Assembly (NCBI GenBank): GCA_965277285.1
Contig: OZ255721.1
Coordinates: 256,001-320,000, forward strand
Source of the DNA: Abditibacteriaceae bacterium
GTDB lineage: Bacteria > Armatimonadota > Abditibacteriia > Abditibacteriales > Abditibacteriaceae
Direction of reading: 5' to 3'
Length of the DNA stretch: 64,000 nt
This document shows, in pieces, positions 61,063 to 64,000 of this stretch. The translations under genes were made by a program, and so were the position numbers. The notes beneath the pieces were generated by a model. It did no database searches and was not told the origin of the DNA. It saw nothing but the letters and a program-made list of their open reading frames with translations. Each line of letters opens with the position of its first letter. Positions within the stretch are counted from its first letter, which is position 1.

Positions 61063-61704
61063 ATGGCTACTCCCATTCCCTTTACCGATAACTACAACGA
61101 CCTTTCCACAGATCGCGGTTTTCAATTTCGTTTCAATTGCGAGCGTTGCGGCAACGGATATATGTCGTCTTTTCAGCCTAATGCGATTGGCATGGCGGGC
61201 GATGCGATGCGCGCTGCCGGAAATTTGCTGGGCGGTTTTTTGGGACGCGCCGCCGACTCCGCGTTTGATGTGCAGCGCATGGTTGGCGGCCCGCAACACG
61301 ATGCGGCGCTGCGACACGCGGTGGAAGAAATCAGTCCTTTGTTCAGTCAGTGCCAGCGTTGCGGACAGTGGGTTTGCGAGCAAGTCTGCTGGAACACCGC
61401 GCGCCATCAATGCGTGCAATGTTCGCCCAAGATGGATCAGGAAGTCGCGGCCATCGAAAGTCAGGGCACGATTTATCAACTGCGTCAGCAATCGTATTCC
61501 GGCCAGGACATGAAAGGCGACATCGAACTGAAGCCTTCGCTGACGCATCGCCAATGCTATCAATGCCACGCCGAAGTTCCCGCCAGCCAGAAGTTCTGCG
61601 GCGAGTGCGGCGCCAACACCCTCGATAAACCCAAATGCTCATCGTGCGGGCATGAAAACGAATTTGGCACCAAGTTCTGCGGCGAATGCGGCACCCGATT
61701 GTAA
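61063..61704 (+). CDS. Double zinc-ribbon (DZR) domain protein
   Basis: MATPIPFTDNYNDLSTDRGFQFRFNCERCG; multiple CxxC; KFCGECG twice. Confidence 0.85.
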   Translation: MATPIPFTDNYNDLSTDRGFQFRFNCERCGNGYMSSFQPNAIGMAGDAMRAAGNLLGGFLGRAADSAFDVQRMVGGPQHDAALRHAVEEISPLFSQCQRCGQWVCEQVCWNTARHQCVQCSPKMDQEVAAIESQGTIYQLRQQSYSGQDMKGDIELKPSLTHRQCYQCHAEVPASQKFCGECGANTLDKPKCSSCGHENEFGTKFCGECGTRL

Positions 61705-61804
61705 TCGCGCTCCTGTCAAAAACAGCGCATATCGAGTACTCGAATGTCGAACATTGCGCCTGAAATTACAAAAGTCGGTACTGGTTCAATTGAGTGAGTT
61801 AATT

Positions 61805-61893
61805 GAAAGAACCCCGAGCGTCAGCGACGGGTGAAACGTAAAAGTTTCATGCATCCGTTACGTTCACCCGTCGCTGACGCTCGGGGTTCTTTC
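61805..61893. repeat. REP-like inverted repeat, family AACCC(C/T)GAGCGTCAGCGACGGGTG
   Basis: GAAAGAACCCCGAGCGTCAGCGACGGGTGAA...TTCACCCGTCGCTGACGCTCGGGGTTCTTTC. Confidence 0.85.
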
Positions 61894-61946
61894 TTGATAG
61901 TCCGGTTTCTCTCTCCACCAAAGCCACTATCTTCCAAAGGAACATC

Positions 61947-62717
61947 ATGCAATTCATCGAAAACGAAGTGAAGGAAATCGGGCGCGGCGTGTGGATTCGC
62001 GTCGCGGTCGACAACATCAGTTGGTGTAGCCTGGGCGATTGCGCGGCTGTCATCGACGCGTTGGAAGACCCGACGCAAGCTGATGTGGTGCGCGACTTGA
62101 TCCGGCAAACGACAGGTCAGGATTTGAAATATGTGGTGACGACGCACTGGGACGCCGATCACATCGCCTGCAATCCGCAATGGAAACGCGAAGGCGCGGT
62201 CGTCATCGCGCACCAATCGAACGCCGATAGCGCGGGCGATTGGGAAGGTCGCCCGAACCTCACTTATCCCGACAGCGCGACCTTGCGCGGCGCAGGCGAT
62301 GAAACTATCGAAATGCAATGGATGGGCGGCACGCACACGCCTTGGGACACCGTTGTGTATTTCCCGCACGCCAAAGTGCTGCACGTCGCCGACTTGTTCG
62401 GCTGGGGCCTGATTCCGTGTCGCCCGACGCCGGAAAAAGCCGCGCGTTTGAAGGAAATCCTCAATCGAGTACTCGAATACGATGCGCAAGCCGTCATTTG
62501 TGGGCACGGGCCAGTGTGCACGCTCGATCACATCCGTCGCTTTGTAAGCTATTTCAACGACTTGCTGGAACGCGTTCCGACTTTGGCCAAAGAAGGCAAG
62601 ACCAACGAAGAAATCGAAGCTCTGGTTCCGCCGCCAGCGGACATGGAAGATTGGTGGCGTTTCACCACTTGGAAGCACCAGAAAAACCTCGAAATGCTGA
62701 TCGAAGACGCAACGTGA
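61947..62717 (+). CDS. Metallo-beta-lactamase fold hydrolase (cyclase-like)
   Basis: VIDA, VTTHWDADH (variant HxHxDH), GTHTPWD, VADL, ICGHG; AAGGA SD. Confidence 0.85.
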   Translation: MQFIENEVKEIGRGVWIRVAVDNISWCSLGDCAAVIDALEDPTQADVVRDLIRQTTGQDLKYVVTTHWDADHIACNPQWKREGAVVIAHQSNADSAGDWEGRPNLTYPDSATLRGAGDETIEMQWMGGTHTPWDTVVYFPHAKVLHVADLFGWGLIPCRPTPEKAARLKEILNRVLEYDAQAVICGHGPVCTLDHIRRFVSYFNDLLERVPTLAKEGKTNEEIEALVPPPADMEDWWRFTTWKHQKNLEMLIEDAT

Positions 62718-62740
62718 AAAGGTTCTCTTCGAGGTGAAAA

Positions 62741-64000
62741 TTGAGTCCTGAAGCTGTTGTTATTACGTCGCTTGTGGTAGCCGAATTCGCGCGCGAGCTT
62801 TATGTCGTAAACGTTTTGCCCAAGCGTGCGAACCGTGCTTTGGCACGACACGAAAAGAAAAAAGCGCGGCGTTTGTGGCTGGCGGTTTCGCGTTCGCAGA
62901 CGCTTTTTATTAACGATGCCAAAACCAGGCGTATGCGCCATGTTGTGGCGCGCTTCAATCTGGCGTTTTTGTTGATGCAGGATTTTCGTTATGACGAAGC
63001 GATCTGCGAGTTTGAAGCGCTCATTCCCGCCTCGATTTCGGTGCCGTCATTTGAAGCGGAAATTCATCTGAAACTCGCGGATTGCTTTGAAGCCAAGAAA
63101 AACTCGTGGCGGGCCAGTGAAGAACGCGAAACAGCCAGATTTTGTCTTGAAAAACCGTTTGCGGTTCAAAGGGATAGTCATGATGTCGCCAAAGCGTCGG
63201 CGCGAGCAACCATTGCAAAACAAGAATATCGCGTCGATGATGAACTTGTTGCTTTAGAAGAGGCGCTTCGTTTAGCCGAACAATCTCTTGAAAGGCGTCA
63301 GGCGCCGGTCACTCAAGACCAGCATTTGTTGTTGCTGTCGAAATTGGCTCGTGCTTATTATCATCAAGGCCAACAAACCAAAGCGTTGCAGTGCGCGGAA
63401 AAAGGATTGCAACTTTCTGATGGCAAGTGGAGCGGGCAACATTTGCTACACAGCATCACGGGCAATCTTTATGCTGGGCAAGGTCAACTGGACAAGGCTT
63501 ATGAACAGCGTTTATTGTTGTTGAAATTGCAAGAGTCACGGCGAGATGCAGCGGGAATCGTCAAAGCGAAAGCCGAACTTTCGGTTGTTGCGGTAAGAAT
63601 GGGACGGTTTGCCCAAGCCGAAAGCGTAGCGCAAGAAGCGTTATCTCATCGCACCGAATGGGATCGTCTGGCTTTGGCTTCTCTGGGGCTGTCTTATTTC
63701 ATTCGCGGCGACATAACTCATCTGCGCGCCACACGCGAGCAGTTGCGCACAGCCAATCGTGTCTGGCAACCGCGCTCGGAAGAGTACGCAAACGCCCTTT
63801 TTACGTTGGAAGATTCTCGCGTGAAATCGCGTTACGGCGATGCGAGCGAAGCTGTAAAGCTGGCTGAAACTGCTCTCACCGAATTGGAGAGACATAAAAG
63901 ATTGAAATTGCGCGCTCAAGCTGCTTTGTCTTGGGCTTTGGCGTGCGCGAATCGAAGCGATGAATCGCAAGCGGCGCGGCTTCTGGTTCAACAGCAGTTG
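62741..64000 (+). CDS. TPR-repeat protein, runs off the window end
   Basis: GAGGTG SD at 62731, TTG start; reads ARFNLAFLLMQDFRYDEAICEF, LARAYYHQGQQTKALQCAEKGL, GNLYAGQGQLDKA; absent from the ORF track, consistent with no stop in the window. Confidence 0.75.
   Translation, partial: MSPEAVVITSLVVAEFARELYVVNVLPKRANRALARHEKKKARRLWLAVSRSQTLFINDAKTRRMRHVVARFNLAFLLMQDFRYDEAICEFEALIPASISVPSFEAEIHLKLADCFEAKKNSWRASEERETARFCLEKPFAVQRDSHDVAKASARATIAKQEYRVDDELVALEEALRLAEQSLERRQAPVTQDQHLLLLSKLARAYYHQGQQTKALQCAEKGLQLSDGKWSGQHLLHSITGNLYAGQGQLDKAYEQRLLLLKLQESRRDAAGIVKAKAELSVVAVRMGRFAQAESVAQEALSHRTEWDRLALASLGLSYFIRGDITHLRATREQLRTANRVWQPRSEEYANALFTLEDSRVKSRYGDASEAVKLAETALTELERHKRLKLRAQAALSWALACANRSDESQAARLLVQQQL

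Overview
A gene-dense bacterial window of moderately high GC. Gene content (DUF1559 prepilin/H-X9-DG protein, GntR-LacI hybrid, ClpC, TamB next to an Omp85 gene, KdsD) suggests a diderm of the Armatimonadota/Abditibacteriota type; this is inference. It holds about 45 CDS: envelope biogenesis (TamB-like, Omp85, zinc anti-sigma, RseB-like, M48 peptidase), housekeeping (aroE, nnr, rtcB, clpC, kdsD, thiC, sbcC, speD), a carbohydrate-use locus and accessory genes. No rRNA, tRNA, CRISPR array or transposase was seen. The outstanding unexplained signal is a highly iterated 12-bp palindrome, TCGAGTACTCGA (extended WTCGAGTACTCGAW). I counted by eye 40 perfect copies and about 24 one-mismatch copies. 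It occurs in most intergenic gaps and inside genes in all three reading frames, is fairly evenly spaced, decays mostly at the CG of TCGA, bounds a tandem gene array and sits inside terminators and start regions. It looks like a HIP1- or uptake-sequence-like genome-wide system that I do not recognise as described. Other notable items: a stand-alone CARF-like gene, two ATPase-less ClpC paralogues, a candidate leader peptide upstream of rtcB, a degenerate GGDEF protein, three gene remnants and several REP/MITE families. All counts are manual and family calls rest on motif recognition, not database searches.
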